This document shows, piece by piece, positions 24,308 to 52,505 of a stretch of 64,000 bases of DNA (the first letter of the stretch is position 1; every line of letters begins with the position of its first letter). Under the pieces are notes generated by a model, which did no database searches, was not told the DNA's origin, and saw nothing but the letters and a program-made list of their open reading frames with translations. Location of the stretch: assembly GCF_009914755.1 (NCBI RefSeq), contig NC_060942.1; one strand, given 5' to 3'. The DNA is from the human T2T-CHM13v2.0 reference genome, Homo sapiens. The translations under genes and the position numbers were made by a program.

Positions 24308-24643
24308 CTGGGGAAAGAAAAATGTGTTAAGTTTCTTAGAGAAAACCACAGTACATCTTGGAGGACTTCAGCTTATTCTGGAGGCAGGAAACCTAGTCGT
24401 TAAGGACTAAGGGGGAAAAATACTTAAATGGTAGAAATCAACAGAACTTAAGTTCATTAGATGTAAAAAGAAGTGTACAGAATCACTCAGGTTCTTGACT
24501 TAAAAGAACTAAATGTGATCAATTACTGAAAACAAGCTTCTTAGATTTGGGGAGAGGGCCCATTTTGAAGTGGCTATGTACATCTAAGTGGGGCCATCAG
24601 CAGATAATCATACGGGCCTGAGGTACTGAATATAAAACTACCA

Positions 24644-24919
24644 GTTTTTTTTTTTTTGAGACAGCGTCTCGCTCTGTCACCCAGGCTGGAATGCAGTGGC
24701 GCGATCTCGGCTCACTCCTAGTTCCTCCTCCCGGGTTCATGCCATTCTCCTGCCTCAGCCTCCTGAGTAGCTGGGACTACAGATACCCGCCACCACGCCC
24801 AGCTAATTTTTTTTTGCATTTTTAGTAGAGACGGGGTTTCACTGTGTTAGCCAGGATGGTCTCGATCTCCTGACCTTGTGATCCACCCACCTCAGCCTCC
24901 CAAAGTGCTGGGATTACAG
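24644..24919 (-). mobile_element. AluY in RPL17 intron 6 (slightly 5'-truncated)
   Basis: AluY-type GAATGGC..GAACCCGGG and GGCTAACAC; flanked by AAAAC(T)TACCA repeats. Confidence 0.85.
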
Positions 24920-24984
24920 AAAACTTACCATTTATTATTAGTCAAGAAACAAACTTACAAAAGCCAAAATAAGACAGGTGAAAG

Positions 24985-25051
24985 GGTTGCTCAGAATAGT
25001 TTTCTTTCATAGTTATTCCAAAGGTGTCCTAAGATAGTCATCACAGCAACC
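24985..25051 (-). ncRNA. SNORD58C: Box C/D snoRNA U58C in RPL17 intron 6
   Basis: GGTTGCT-GTGATGA...CTTAGGACACCTTTGGA...CTGA-GCAACC; terminal stem GGTTGC/GCAACC. Confidence 0.95.
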
Positions 25052-25090
25052 ACAAATCTTTCTACTATCACAAACAAAACCGAGCAACTA

Positions 25091-25330
<240 letters not shown>

Positions 25331-26152
25331 TTAATTAGTAAAACACCACAAACTATCATTGCTAAATATGAATTCCCAGGCTTGCTCCAGAGTCCTGCCT
25401 CAATGAAATCATTTTTAAAAGGCAATCCTTTTATTCTGCAAATAGCATTTTTTTAACCAGTTGTCTGCCTTCACCTTTACATGTCTAAATTGCCACCAAA
25501 CTCAGTGTGCTATACATTTTGTCTATGAGTGGCCTTCCCAAAGATCCTTAGACGGGTGGAGAGCTGAGGGGTAAGGAAGAACCCAATTCGAAGTCTTGAT
25601 GATAAAATTTCTCAGCATGGCTTAGAAGGTTTGGAGCCATACAGACCTAAACTAATTCCAGTTCTGGCCCAGACCTTCAAATGCAAAAGGCTAATGGGTA
25701 ATATACAAAATGGAGAAATTTGTGTTTTGTCAACACAAGTTTGTCATTGTTTAAACTTTTTGAAATTTTAAACAATTTCTTTCTGAAATGCAACATGACT
25801 CTCCATTATGAAGGTAGGCCACAAACCACATTAATCACTGCTAAGGCAATCATTTTGATAATTAATCATACTACCAAAGGTGTATGTCACAAAAAGGGGT
25901 AAAAGCCCCTGGTAAAGTACCTCCAGTGTAAAAAGACAGCAGAAAACTAGAAATACTAAGTGTTAGGCTTAAAGAGACCACAGAGCACGCTTCTGGATCT
26001 TCACAGAATTTTGCCATAAAGGGACTCAAAAAAAATAAAAGGAAATAGTTTCATTCTGTGGAAACTGCAGGTAGAAATTTAAAAAATCCTAAGAGTTAAT
26101 TACTGAAAACAAGAAAATCAAGGACATAAATCTGAACAGCCAACATTAATTA

Positions 26153-26317
<165 letters not shown>

Positions 26318-26373
26318 TCATTTTCCTTGATTTAAATTAACATTACAGCCAAGATGAATTTATCTGATATCAC

Positions 26374-26434
26374 GGTTTCTTAGGATATGGTTTATTTCAC
26401 CATCAATCCAAGGTGTCCTGTCATTACAGCAACC
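26374..26434 (-). pseudogene. Degenerate SNORD58-family copy in RPL17 intron 4
   Basis: The minus strand reads GGTTGCTGTAATGACAGGACACCTTGGATTGATGGTGAAATAAACCATATCCTAAGAAACC, which is colinear with SNORD58C but has a mutated C box (GTAATGA), a mutated D box (CTAA) and a shortened guide. Confidence 0.75.
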
Positions 26435-26485
26435 AGAAATAGGTTCATCAGCACAGATCTTAGCCATTCTTATCCTATCCCATCA

Positions 26486-26668
<183 letters not shown>

Positions 26669-27023
26669 CTAAGTATGAAGAATAAAGTGTTGGTTAACTA
26701 GATCAAAGCTTTAATTTTTAAAGTAAACGTTAAATTTTCAATTTTCAGCTTTTCAAAATGTCGAGTTATTTCTATTCTTTGGGGGCAAGGCAATTAAAAA
26801 AACTTGTGACTAAAAGCCAGGTAAACTTCGTTGAAGCTAGAGAAAACTCCAAAACTCCATTTATTCACTATAAAACGTTTAAATTCCATCATCATGTAAT
26901 TACAATTAAAATGCCCCATCTTGATCTGCACACTAGGTTTTCAAATGGTTTTCTGGTACTACTTCTCAATTTCACAAACGCTACATCCTTACACCCTGAT
27001 CATCAATGCCTAAATATAAGGTG

Positions 27024-27088
27024 GCTGCTCAGAATTTATTAATTTTCACGGTAAATCCAAAGGTGTCCTAAGAAAGTCATCACTGCAG
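27024..27088 (-). ncRNA. SNORD58A: Box C/D snoRNA U58A in RPL17 intron 3
   Basis: CTGCA-GTGATGA (C box)...CTTAGGACACCTTTGGA...CTGA-GCAGC; terminal stem CTGC/GCAG. Confidence 0.95.
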
Positions 27089-27145
27089 CTACCTTTTTTG
27101 AGTGGAACATGAGGAACTGTTGGATCACAACTATGAATCGCATAC

Positions 27146-27186
27146 CTTAAAGTGAACACGAAGATTGGAACCTCTTGATTTGCATG
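27146..27186 (-). CDS. RPL17: RPL17 exon 3 (SCKSRGSNLRVHFK)
   Basis: CTAG|CATGC acceptor and AAG|GTATGC donor; 41 nt restores the frame after the 40-nt exon 2 CDS. Confidence 0.97.
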
Positions 27187-27272
27187 CTAGAAAATAAAAC
27201 GTTTTGGTTAATTTTTGGTATCTTATGCCAAGCCCCAAGTAGGAAATGGGTATCTACCTCCTGTCCACTTAC

Positions 27273-27312
27273 ATTTCGTGGGGTTCTCCGGGTCAAGTGA
27301 ATAGCGAACCAT
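27273..27312 (-). CDS. RPL17: RPL17 coding exon 2 (start codon; MVRYSLDPENPTK+1 nt)
   Basis: ATG at 27312-27310; donor GTAAGT at 27272-27267; acceptor AG at 27327-27326. Confidence 0.97.
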
Positions 27313-27404
27313 TTTCACAGATCACCTAGAGGAAAGTACAGTGTAATTCTGTCAATACGTACTTACAGTAACTCATTCAGTATAAATATCAGATGATTCG
27401 AACA

Positions 27405-27470
27405 GCTGCTCAGAGAGTAGTTGTTTTCATTATTAATCCAAAGGTGTCCTAAGAAATGCCATCATCGCAG
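27405..27470 (-). ncRNA. SNORD58B: Box C/D snoRNA U58B in RPL17 intron 1
   Basis: CTGCG-ATGATGG (C box variant)...CTTAGGACACCT (antisense to 28S AGGTGTCCTAAG)...CTGA (D box)-GCAGC with terminal stem; 3' end ~80 nt from the acceptor. Confidence 0.95.
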
Positions 27471-27629
27471 CCATACTTTCCCCCACCAAGGGCTTGCTTT
27501 CCCTTTTATCTTCCAGTAACTACAGCACTGCTTCCACAGAAGTAGCCACACGGGCCTCACCAATCCAGTCAACCCTTTGGAAGAAAATACAGCCTGTTTC
27601 AATCCAATGCTGGATCTTCCAGGCGTAAA

Positions 27630-28330
27630 ATGACTCGACGCATCCGCAGGGCACAACTCAACCGTAACCCTCTACACCTCCTCCCTCCCGCTCTACAGAA
27701 ACCCCTTTGCTGTCAGGGCTGCAGGTAGTGAGTGCCGTCTCTCTCAACACCTTCGGGCTATGACCCACTTTAAGAGCCCTCCTGTACGCAACACTCTTGT
27801 AGTAACGTGTTACGCCTCCACCCGACTTTTCTTTCCCCCAAAACTTTTTCCTCGTTGCGGCCACCACTCACCACTAGACACCGGACCTCCGGAGTCCGCA
27901 CGGACCCCAGGCGGCCCGCACCCCACGGCGGGCCGGCGCCCCCACCAGTGGAGGAGCCCGGTAGTCCCCATTCCCGCCCATCACGTCCCTCTGCGGACCT
28001 CAGAGGCCGACTGACCCCGGCTCCCAAAGTCAGGCCCTCCGCCACGTCCTCCCGCATAAGAAGCCACCGCCTCCAGCGAGGATTTAGTAGCCCTAGGAGT
28101 TCTCCTCCCGGGGGCCTGGAGGCCGGCGCCCCCGAAGCCAGGATGGCGGCGATGGCAGGAGGATTGGGCCCTCGGAGCAACGCAGGAGAAACACTCACCT
28201 CAGGCTGCTTAGGGAAAGAGGAAGAGCGGTGGATTTTGGGAGAACTCATGAGAACTTGACTTCTCGCGAGATTCGTAGCCGAAGAAACGAGATCTGAGGA
28301 GGCAGGAAGGCGGAAAGCGAAGGGAGTGTA
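27630..28330. promoter_or_regulatory. RPL17 CpG island promoter with TCTCGCGAGA motif, YY1-like site and ETS-like sites
   Basis: High GC and CpG density; palindrome TCTCGCGAGA at 28262-28271; GATGGCGGC (YY1-like) at 28142-28150 in intron 1; GGAA cores at ~28305-28315. Confidence 0.85.
28199..28226 (-). promoter_or_regulatory. RPL17: RPL17 exon 1 with 5' terminal oligopyrimidine (TOP)/TCT initiator
   Basis: The minus strand reads CTCTTCCTCTTTCCCTAAGCAGCCTGAG|GTGAGT, the typical start of a ribosomal-protein gene. Confidence 0.9.
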
Positions 28331-29239
28331 GAATATGTTTTAAGAACGTGTGAAAACGAATTGCCTACTTAGGGACTGTCTCAAAGTTCTCTTTTTTGTA
28401 TACAGAAATAAAAATTCAGGGTTTTAAATGTCAGTCAATTAAAAACAGGGTTGTAGTTCTAGGACAGGCTACGTATTATTAGATATGAAAGAAACATTTT
28501 ATTTATTCGTCAACATTAGTTAGGTTTGATTATGTGGCCCTGTACTCCTGAAAGTGGTTTGTAAATGGCCAATTAAAAAGATGAAAGGATGAGACGTAAT
28601 TATGGTAATCAGGAAATTCTCAGGATGGGAATGTCATCCAATCAATTGTATTATAACCTGTGTGAAAAATGCGCTAACTGAAGGGTCTGGTTCAATATCC
28701 TCGTTTTCCCCGCTGCTTCTAGATCTTCATCTGGAGGAGAAAACCTTTTGGCATTTTCTTCCCTTTTTTCCTTCCCCAGGTCATCTCTCTGGTTATTCCC
28801 TCATAGTCAGTGATGCACTTAGCTTTTGTTAGGGCTTCTATTTCATGGCACCACCCTTCTAGGCAGCTCAAACTCTAGGAGAGTAGACTCCAGGCTAGGC
28901 TCACTTGCTTCCTTGACCTCAGTGTAGGAGACCTCAGCCCTAAGTCTCTCCCCTCGACTCCACTTCCATTGCTGATGCTGGATTCCATGGTGTTTCCTCG
29001 GTAATTCCCTCCCCTCACATGAGCTTTCAACTGCATGCTAACTCCCAGATTAATACCCCAGCGCCACATCTGTCTCCTGAGCTAGACCCTGATAGCAAAC
29101 TACTCCCTGGACATCCTTTCTGGGAGGTCCCTGAAGACCTGAGGTTATTTGAAACCTAACATGCCCTTAAACAGAACTCTTTGTCTTCTCCTCCGGGTTC
29201 CTCTTTTATGTTGCATGGTGACAAGAGTAACAGACAATG

Positions 29240-29595
<356 letters not shown>

Positions 29596-29938
29596 TCAGT
29601 GTTTTTACATGCATTTCCTCAAGTAATCCTTAGGACAACTATTTGTAAATGATGAAGTTGATCTGGCTGCTACAATGTGAAGAAGAAAAAAAAGGAACTC
29701 CCCGGCAAATCCAAGGTCCGGCAGCTGGGAGTGGCAGCCCTGGGATCCAAGGCAGCCTTCTGTAACCAAGCTCTGCATCCCTAGGCGACCCTGCCTTTCT
29801 CCCTTCCTTGTTTGGCGACTTCCCCATACACCTAGGATCTTAAACCAGAAAGATGAGAGACTCCCCTCTTCTTGTCTTTGCACATACAATTATTTAACAA
29901 AATCTGGATTATTCTTTTAAGTGGTCTTCTTGCCCTAA

Positions 29939-30334
<396 letters not shown>

Positions 30335-30770
30335 TGACAGAGTCATTTTTCTAAAATGGCTGTCAGAATGATCATGTCATTTTTTGGGTTTTTTTTTTCC
30401 TGTGGCCCCTGTTCCAAATATTTGGGGATGATATAAGAGCCTTCCATGATCTGGCCTTTGCCTTCCTCATCTTTTATCCCTTCTTTCTCCATCCCCTATG
30501 GACTCCAACCATATTTTCTCTGATTTTAGGGAGAAATCAAGCCTATAATTAAAAACAGTCACACCACATTTGAGTCTGTCAGCCAGCATTGGGTTAGATT
30601 AGAAGACATTTAAGCCTTGTGAGATCATTTCCTTTTGAGTGAATAGTTTGTCTTTTGAACCTTCAGTGATTTTCCTATAAAACTTAAATGAACTTTTTTC
30701 TTAGATGGAATCTCTCTGTTGCCCAGGCTGGAGTGCAGTGGCTCATTCAGAGCGCACTGCGGCCTCTCTC

Positions 30771-32640
30771 TTTTTTTTTTTTTTTTTTTTGCTTCTTGGT
30801 GTGTTACCTTTATTATATTCCTAGACTAGTTTAAAATTATATTTCTGAGACTAGTTTAAAAAACAGCCTGCAACAAGAGTATTCTCATCACCAGCTACCT
30901 TTTCCACCTTTCTTCTTTTTCTGTTGCTGTTTCTTTTTTGTTGCTGGAGCGCCTGCAGGTTTCTGTGTCTTGGGGGTATGATGTTACTTGCAGAGGCAGA
31001 TAGTGTCGCTGCACTGCCAGGTCTTGGGGAGGGGGCGGGCTGCTCACAGTTTTTCTGGCATCCAGTTCTGATGAAGCTCCTGCAGTTGCTCCCTGGATCC
31101 CTTTTCCAACCTGATCCTTTTTACCTTTCTTTCTTCCCCAGTAATAAGAATGTTCTTGCATTGGTAGCCATCTTTCTGGATCTGGGGTAACTTTTGGGTC
31201 ATAATTCTCAGGCAATTTTCCCATCTTTTTCTTCTTTTTCAAATTTCCCCACCCTTGCTCCTTTTGTTGACTATCTCCAGTAACTTTGCCACCCTTCTTC
31301 CAAATGTACGTAGCACCAGGAGAATTTTCAAGAGCCTTGACATCTACTTTTAGAGACATGCTATCTGATAATGACAAGTGTTCACAAAGAGCTTTGTCTT
31401 TCTCTGGATCTACAAGTGAGTAAGCAGAAATAAGCTGTGTCAGGGTGTGAAAATCTTTTGGATTTTGTTTCCATTGTTGTTCTAGGTCACTAATTGCCTC
31501 CTTCTTCTGTCTATATTTGAGTTTGAAGTTCGCAGCTTCTCTTATCAAGGACAAATGAGCAGGAGATTTGGGCCAATGGTTTTGACACCACTGGATAGTA
31601 TGTGTGAAGACCTCAATGGCACTATCAATATCTTCTTCATGGCTATACATGATCACGAATGCAGACACCATGCCTGGTTTCTGCTTTAACTCTTCTATGC
31701 TTCTCAATATTAGACATGCTTATAAATATTACCTTGAGAAATTTTCAACTGTGCCATGGTCAGCTTAATTTCAGCTGCATTTTCTGGATGTTGATCTGAA
31801 AATTCCTGAAGCAGCTCTGTTGTTTTTGTGTGCTGCTTTCCAGGCAAACCTGAGCAGCTTGGATTAACATAGGTGGGAGATGCTCGGGACTTTGGGACTA
31901 TAAATTGGTGGATATTTTGCGGCATTAATTGGCCTGGTTTGTGTACGTAGCAAGTAAAGCTTTGTTAAATTCTATAGCTTGTAGTTGTTTCTTGGAAAGC
32001 TCAAACTCCACTCTTTCTGCATTGATTAATTTCACCTTCTTCTTGGAGTCAAAGACATTTTGGTCCTTGTTAATGGTAATGATGTTGTTTGCAATTACAG
32101 CTAGTAATCCCACATCTGTTGGTTTCAGTTTTATTATTTGATTGTAAAGTTGCAAAGCCTCCTCTATTCGACCCTGAAGCTGCAGAGTATAGGCCATCTG
32201 ACCATGAATGATGGCCAGTCCTGCCTGTGGGTCTTTCTCAGTCCTATCACAGTCTTCTGATCATGAACAGCGGCAAAGATCTTCAGCTTTTCGTAGGATT
32301 GTCGTGACCTGGTTCAGCTGGCCTTGTCCAATCAGCGCATGTGCAGTGTTGTAGCACAGCTCATGTGCACCTTCTTGGAGGCCCAAGTTCTCTGGAACCA
32401 CTTTTTCCCAATTGCTTTGAGGAGTAACAACTGCTGAAAGGTTTGTTTTCGTCTCCTTATCATAATCATCTTGGGAGTTTCAGGCGAGATCTCTGTATAC
32501 TCTAAGTATTTATCATAGCGTTCCAAGCGGCGTAATGCTTGTCCATAAAACTCCTTCAGTTTGTCTGTCTGCTGGTTGGCACTTTCTATTGTCTTCAAGG
32601 CATTCTTAATTCTGTTCAGTTGTAGTTGCAATATTCCTTT
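30771..32640 (-). pseudogene. SRP72P1: 5'-truncated processed pseudogene of SRP72
   Basis: Intronless frameshifted segments LNRI.NALKTIESANQQTDKLKE, QLQGR.EEALQLYNQIIK, EFSDQHPENAAEIKLTMAQ and PDPERWLP; ancestral TGA at 30890-30888; AATAAA at 30814-30809; poly(A) tail at 30771-30790. The pseudogene number is from recall. Confidence 0.93.
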
Positions 32641-32939
32641 TCTTTTTTTTCGAGATGGAGTCTCGCTATGTTGCCCGGCTGGAATGCAATGGCACAATCT
32701 CAGCTCACTGCAACCTCTGCCTCCTGGGTTCAAGTGAAATTCTTCTGCTTCAGCCTCCGGAGTAGCTGGGATTACAGGCGCCCACCACTACGCCCGGCTA
32801 ATTTTTGTATTTTTAGTAGAGACGAGGTTTCGCCACGTTGGCAAGGCTGGTCTCAAATTCCTGACCTCGTGATCCGCCTGCCTTGGCCTCCCAAAGTGCT
32901 GGGATTACAGGTGTGAGTCACCATGCCCAGCCCGGCCTA

Positions 32940-33593
<654 letters not shown>

Positions 33594-34209
33594 TAATGTC
33601 ATCTGATTGTCTCACTTTTACTGATATTAACACTGGGCAGTTGGCCGGGCACAGTGGCTCGTGCCTATAATCCCAGCTCTTTGGGAGGCCAAGGTGGGAG
33701 GATTGCTTGAGCCTTGGAGTTTGAAGCTGCAGTGAGCCATGATCATGCCACTTCACTGTACCCTGGGTAACAGAGACACCGTTTCCAGAACCAAAAAAAA
33801 AAAAAAATGGGCAAATGAGTTCAGGAGTTGTTGCTGTGACCCCTTCCTTATGAAGTTTCTCATCAGCTTTTCATCTAATGGCTTTAGGAGCTATTAAGTT
33901 CAGAGCTTACATTCATTATGTCATCAGGTGTTGAAAAATAATGACTTTGTAATTCTGTTATTCCATAGCATTTTTAATATTGGACTTGTGTAAAAAAGAA
34001 CTTTCCCTCTTTCAATAATTTGGTTATCTTTCAATATTTTTATACCACAGAGCAGAGAATAAGCAAAAAAGTTGCAATAAGTAATGCCCGTAGGTCTTGG
34101 ATCCATGTGGGACATCATCCAGGGGAACCTGCCCTTGGTGTGTCCAGCCTGCACCTAGTGCAGCTGAAGGGCACTGGGAGGGCCTTTGTTCCTTGGGTAT
34201 GTTAAATAA

Positions 34210-34680
<471 letters not shown>

Positions 34681-35667
34681 TCAAAAGAAAACAAAAAAAA
34701 AACCAGTAAAACAAAAAACAATAAACAAAAACAAAACAAAACAAAACAAAAAACAAGGTTAACGGAACCTCATGATTGGATGAGATGGCTGTGGGAAGCT
34801 GGGCTGCCCAGGAAGCGGACTCAGAGAGCAAACCGTGCGCCTGCCTTCCACACTGGAAGGGAGCGTCAGGAAGCCGAACTGCAGAGGGGACTGACGCAGC
34901 CCCAACACTTCTCCCCGACCTCAGGGGGGATTCAGTAGCTGGAGATTCCCGCAGCTGCCCCACGTTGGGGGTAAGGCTGGGCATTTGTTCCTCCCCTATT
35001 GTTCAGTCATTGGCTGTGGGCGGCCCCAGGAAGAAGGTGTGACCTTGGGTGGGGCAGTCTTCTTCAGCCAATCCTCAGAAAGGACTAACAGCACTCTCAG
35101 CAGAGGGAGACTGAGTCCTTCATTCCTGGGAGGTGTCTGGGAAGCACATCGCAGTGTGCACCGCAGCAGGTATTAATGTGTCATTTTACAGATAAGAAAA
35201 CTGAGGTTCAGAAGGGACAGAGCCAGGATGTCAGCCTAGATCTATTAATACCTTTGAATCCTGTGCTCTTTCCCACCGTCCTTGCTGCCATTTCCGCACA
35301 TTTTCATGCCTTCCCCACTTCTTACCGGGACCGCCATGTTTCTGGGTAATCTTGTACTCTCTGTTCTAGTCTTGCTCTCCTGTCCTGCCCCGGGCAGTCT
35401 GTCTCTTGGTCAGCTGTCTCTCTTCACCCCAGCTTTGGCTCTGTTCTCAGGGCTTGATCCACCACATCACATTCCGCGCTCGCTGCTGCCTGAACTCATC
35501 AAAGTGGACCCAGTGAAAGCTGTGTTGAGGAGGACTATTCTGGTGCTGAGGCTGGGTACATTCATGAGGCCAGGAACACGGGATTGAATTCCAAGCAGAG
35601 CACCAGGATACCTGTAGCAGAAATCCAGGCAAGAGCCAAGAAGATGGGAACGGAATAGCAAGCGCTG

Positions 35668-35931
<264 letters not shown>

Positions 35932-36738
35932 TGATTGGCCGGCCTTGGGCAAGTGCTGAATTTAAACACGGCTCTCCCGAGGACTTCTATTGGGTTCTGC
36001 CTAGTGGTAACCGCCGAGGCTTCGCTTACTCTGTAGATCTCCCGGGAGCAGCAGGAAACAAGAAACCCTTAGCCTTTTCAAAGTAATAGCCATTCTCCTC
36101 ACTGACCTGACAAAGACGGATGTCAACTGGGCCCTGCAGGAGTTTGACAGTTTGTCCAAACAACTGTTTTTAGTTGAGGCTATAAATTCTTAGGAAAGGG
36201 TTTGTCAGTGTGGCACATTAAATCAGTTGGCCAGTATGCATTACTCTGACCATCTTCTTAGAAAGCAACGTCTTTGGGGATTTTCAGATGAGTGAATATT
36301 CAATGCTCTGTCTTTTAGCATTATCATCCACTTCCCCTGCCCCTCATAGAATTCTCTTTAGAGGATTGGCTCCTGGGCCTCCAGGAGAGCGGGCAGTAGG
36401 GTAGGGTGGTGGGGGGAGAGGAAAGTCTTAATCCCTTGCCAGGGATTTACTTTGTTCTTCTCAGTCGGAGCCTCCCGTACAATGCTGTTTTGAGCTTCAC
36501 TTAGAAATTGGCTTTATTAGCTAGGAAAGGGGAATTCTTTTCACAACAATCGGAAAATGTAATCCCTTAGTCAGGCGGCTGGAGTCCTTTAATTCACCTC
36601 TCCGGACCTTGGGCTGCTGGCTGCTCCTCTCTGCCGCCTGGCTGTCTCTCCCTTACCTCCCAGAGTTAGGGTAATAGCTGACATTTTTCTTCACTAGGCT
36701 TTCCTAAGGGATTTCATTCCATTTGTGAGACACTTTAA

Positions 36739-37089
<351 letters not shown>

Positions 37090-37620
37090 TGAGCCACCAC
37101 GCCTGGCTTATTCTGCATAATTTTTAAGAGTTGTGAATTGTTTTAAGATCAAATTTAAAAGTACATTTTCTTTCTTATCTTGTCATTAACTGATGTTGGG
37201 TATGTGTGTGTGCTTGTGATTTCCCTGGCTGGACCAGTGTATAACTTCAAAGAGGGCTGGTGCCTTGCCTTTAGTCTGCTGGATAGCACTCCTCCGGACC
37301 CTCCCTTTGCTGAGCAGCTCCGTGGACCTGTGCAAATCTCTACCCAGCTTTGTTGGACAACAAAATACCCTGGAGAATATCAAGCCCTTTAACATACCCA
37401 GTTTGTGCTCCCAGACATAAGATCTCTTTGGCCATGTATGAGGGATTCCCATGAAGGAGAAGCTTCATTTCCAGCAAGAATCTGGCTTCCACCTAGACTT
37501 GGGAAACAGATACTGAAAAGCATATTGCTGATCAACTAGACAACCTACTTCCACTCTTGATTGCCCCTGTAATCCATCTAGAACAGCCAGAGCAATTTAT
37601 TTATTAAAAAATTTAAAATT

Positions 37621-40398
<2,778 letters not shown>

Positions 40399-40492
40399 CA
40401 GAAGACATCGTTCTTGTCTGTTTTTTTTTCCTCTAGTGCCTAGAATAATTTTTTTGTTTATGATAAGTTCTCAACAAATATTTCTTGAATTA

Positions 40493-44880
<4,388 letters not shown>

Positions 44881-45598
44881 GTCAAATTAATCACACACAC
44901 AAGGGAAAATTCTACAGACAAAAATCTCCAAAGTCCAGGGCTGTCTCTTGCTTGCAGTGGAGAATCTGACACTAGTTGTTTCCTCCATGATCCCTGCTCC
45001 CGATGGTGGTCTTCTTCTATGATTTCAGGTCTCACCGGGCTCTAGTAGCTCCATCTTCTCCTTTCCTCCTCTATCCAAGGGAAGGTGACCAGTCTTTGTT
45101 TGTTTGCTCCCTTAACTCTATCTATGCCTCTACTGGGAGTCCCTTCATTAGGGTTTTTTTCACTTGAGCTACACTTGGCGAATTCTGTTTCCAGCTGGGA
45201 CCCTGGGTGATGGACAGAGTCAGGAGTAACCACCATGCCCTGGCAATAAATGGTGGTTCAGCTGCGTGAGCATTGTCTATATGTGCAGTCAGCCGCTTCC
45301 CCATCCTCCTCTTCACCATGTTCCATTTCTTTTCAACGTGCTAACTCCTTTGTACTAACAATTATTAAAGAGTTGATTTGCTCTACATACCCAGTGACAA
45401 ATACTCTTCTAAAAACTTGAAGGGGACAATGAGACTGGGATTAACATACCTATGTAGAGTCGGCAATGCAGTTAGATACGATTCGTGCCTGGATATCTGA
45501 CTTCATTTCTAAAATTCCACCAGTGACTAATTATGTTAGAGTTGCCTCCTTCCATCTTTCCTCTTGTAAAATTCATCTATTTCTGGAATGAATATTAA

Positions 45599-51360
<5,762 letters not shown>

Positions 51361-52382
51361 TAGAGGTCAAAGCTGTCCTCTTGAATCCTGGTGTCGTTGA
51401 TGCGTGCATAAGGCTTTGCTTGTTCATACTCTCTCAGGCAGAAGTGTAATTTGAGGAAAATGTAGTGTGCATGTGTGTGTGTGCACATGCACATGTGTGC
51501 ATACATGTCCTATAAGAATGAGAATGGGTGCCCACTTTTCTTGGCTCCTCTCCCTTGTGCCTCTGGGCCTTTCTGCCTGAATGCACTTGCCTGGAAATCC
51601 TTGTCGATCTCTCTCATTCAATGACCAGAGCACCAACTATGGAGTTTGGAAACCTGGCTCCAGCCCTGATTCTGGCATTGACATGCTCCATAACATTGGT
51701 GAAAGCAACTGGCCTCTTTGAACATCCCTTCCTGGTGTGTGGCAGGAAACATTTGGTTTCCTTGAACTGAACCCGCCTGACAATGGGAAGATTTGCCTGA
51801 ACCACCTCCCCTGCTGGGTAGCTATAGGGATTAAATGATGTAACAGAAGGTAAAGCAGGATTATTTTTTAAACTTTTATCTATTTTTAATGCCCTCCTAT
51901 GTATCTTCAAGGCCAGAGCCTTCTGAGACACTCCAGCCCACGGTGACTGCTCTCCTCTTATCTGTCACTTCTTTAGCCTTATACTGCTTTGCTTATTATG
52001 ATCTATTTATGTGTTGCGCTTTATCCACTTGTCTTGTCCATAAGCTCTTTTTCTGCCCTTTTGAATCTTTTCAGTGGCTAGTGTGCTGCCTTCATCATAA
52101 CTGATTTCAGTATGTCTTTCCAGATTGACTACTTAATTGAATTTGGAATATGGGGAAGGAGACTTAGTGTAAAGGGACCACCCAATACAAGGTCTGAGAT
52201 TATTTTATGCCATATTTCATGGTGGAATAAGGAATGAATAACACAATCTGAATGAATAATGCAGTGTATCATGAGTTGGGAAGGGAGAAAAAAAAGAGTA
52301 TTTGTACATGTCATTTTTTCTTTCTTTCTTTTTTTGTTTTTTTGAGATGGAGTCTTGCTCTGTTACCCAGGCTGCAGTGTAG

Positions 52383-52505
<123 letters not shown>

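Noticed and set aside
27770-28259. 150-159-aa ORFs on both strands in the RPL17 CpG island
   Set aside because: Typical CpG-island artefacts overlapping exon 1 and intron 1.
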